This document shows positions 1 to 532 of a DNA stretch of 532 bases, one piece after another. Source of the DNA: Escherichia coli (GTDB lineage Bacteria > Pseudomonadota > Gammaproteobacteria > Enterobacterales > Enterobacteriaceae); assembly GCF_003334765.1 (NCBI RefSeq), contig NZ_QOWT01000113.1; one strand, given 5' to 3'. Position 1 is the first letter of the stretch. Each line of letters opens with the position of its first letter. Both the position numbers and the translations under genes were made by a program. The notes below the pieces were generated by a model. It had not been told where the DNA came from. It saw nothing but the letters and a program-made list of their open reading frames with translations, and did not search any database.

Positions 1-497
1 GCCATATCCCATTCATGGCAGGGCTCCGTTTTGTCGGCCTGCGTCACCACAAACAGCACCTGCTGATGTCCCCGGTGCAGGATGTGTCGCCAGAAATACT
101 CATCCACAGACAGGGCACGGTCATCGGCTTTAATCAGCCACAGTACCAGGTCAAGTTCAGGCAGAATGTCACGGTACAGGGCTTCATACTCTGCATCCCT
201 GTCCCGGCTCTCGCCCACCCCGGGCAGGTCAGTGATAACCATGCTGTGACCATGGCCACTCAGACGGAAGCGCTGCACTTCCCGGGTGCCGGCGTGAACA
301 TCACTGACCGGGGTGACCTCCCCCTGAAACAGTGCATTACAGAGTGAGGATTTACCGGCCCCGCTTTTACCCATAATGCCAATCACGGGTTCGTGACTGG
401 TGAGTTTGCGCAGATGTTCCAGGATGTGACGGGAAAGTGAGTAAGGCAGGGAGGAGAGCGGTTTTTCAATTGCCTCAATGGCATCAGACGGATTCAT
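1..497 (-). CDS. yfjP: P-loop small GTPase of the YfjP/YkfA/YeeP cryptic-prophage family (MMR_HSR1-like GTP-binding domain); N-terminal 165 codons, 3' end beyond the window edge at position 1
   Basis: Manual minus-strand translation from ATG (497..495) is open to the window edge: MNPSDAIEAIEKPLSSLPYSLSRHILEHLRKLTSHEPVIGIMGKSGAGKSSLCNALFQGEVTPVSDVHAGTREVQRFRLSGHGHSMVITDLPGVGESRDRDAEYEALYRDILPELDLVLWLIKADDRALSVDEYFWRHILHRGHQQVLFVVTQADKTEPCHEWDM. GTPase motifs are present in canonical order and spacing: G1 P-loop GKSGAGKS (aa 43-50, nt 348..371), G2 Thr71 in GTRE (nt 285..287), G3 hydrophobic stretch plus DLPG (aa 90-93, nt 219..230), G4-like TQAD (aa 152-155, nt 33..44). The symbol is a family-level call from memory; ykfA or yeeP are equally possible. 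Confidence 0.9.
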   Translation of the reverse strand, partial: MNPSDAIEAIEKPLSSLPYSLSRHILEHLRKLTSHEPVIGIMGKSGAGKSSLCNALFQGEVTPVSDVHAGTREVQRFRLSGHGHSMVITDLPGVGESRDRDAEYEALYRDILPELDLVLWLIKADDRALSVDEYFWRHILHRGHQQVLFVVTQADKTEPCHEWDM

Positions 498-505
498 ACA
501 TGTAT

Positions 506-511
506 TCCCGG
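506..511 (-). promoter_or_regulatory. Weak putative ribosome-binding site (minus-strand CCGGGA, GGGA core) about 8 nt upstream of the ATG at 497
   Basis: Minus-strand sequence upstream of the start reads caccgggaatacatgt-ATG; the GGGA core is a partial match to the Shine-Dalgarno consensus at acceptable spacing. Weak signal. Confidence 0.3.
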
Positions 512-513
512 TG

Positions 514-532
514 AAAAAAGACAAAACCCCGC
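514..532 (-). terminator. Possible 3' tail of a Rho-independent terminator belonging to an upstream minus-strand gene (truncated by the window edge)
   Basis: Minus-strand sequence at the window edge reads gcgggg-ttttgtctttttt: a GC-rich segment followed by a T-rich tract, as expected for the descending stem arm plus U-tract. The complementary stem arm would lie beyond position 532, so the hairpin cannot be confirmed. Confidence 0.25.

Noticed and set aside
219-286. Two CCCGGG palindromes (219..224 and 281..286) and several other CCGG-containing hexamers
   Set aside because: Short palindromes of this kind are expected by chance in GC-rich coding sequence. Both fall inside conserved codons (DLPG and the G2 region) and do not form an extended inverted repeat or a spaced array.
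15-347. Plus-strand 110-aa ORF from the supplied track (MAGLRFVGLRHHKQHLLMSPVQ...)
   Set aside because: It lies entirely antisense within the minus-strand GTPase reading frame, has no recognisable ribosome-binding site upstream of ATG 15 and no motif I recognise. Long antisense shadow ORFs are common opposite genuine genes in GC-rich sequence.
499-501. Minus-strand ATG 4 nt upstream of the chosen start (atgtATGaat)
   Set aside because: It is out of frame with the GTPase and reaches a stop after five codons (atg tat gaa tcc gtc tga).
522-524. Alternative upstream in-frame TTG start for the minus-strand gene
   Set aside because: It would add a low-complexity extension (LSFFTGNTC) read through the T-tract, with no ribosome-binding site, and the family N-terminus I recall begins MNPSD at ATG 497. 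It cannot be fully excluded because no in-frame stop separates the two.
1-532. Search for CRISPR repeats, IS terminal inverted repeats, tRNA or rRNA fragments
   Set aside because: No repeated unit of 20 nt or more, no regular repeat-spacer periodicity and no cloverleaf-compatible segment was found by eye. Continuous coding sequence accounts for the window.

Overview
The window is almost entirely the 5' part of one protein-coding gene on the minus strand (start codon at 497..495, reading leftward past position 1), encoding the N-terminal 165 aa of a P-loop GTPase with intact G1-G4 motifs. The N-terminus matches what I recall of the E. coli K-12 cryptic-prophage paralogs YfjP/YkfA/YeeP (CP4-57, CP4-6, CP4-44); this is from memory, not a search, and I cannot tell the paralogs apart. 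The 110-aa plus-strand ORF in the supplied track (15..347) lies fully antisense inside this gene and is most likely a shadow ORF; the track probably missed the real gene because it has no stop codon in the window. Only about 35 nt of upstream sequence is present (498..532), with a weak ribosome-binding site and a T-rich tract that may be the tail of an upstream terminator. I see no RNA genes, CRISPR repeats, IS ends or other repeats. I cannot support a new biological system from this window: the one gene is a known, functionally uncharacterised island GTPase, and its neighbours lie outside the window.
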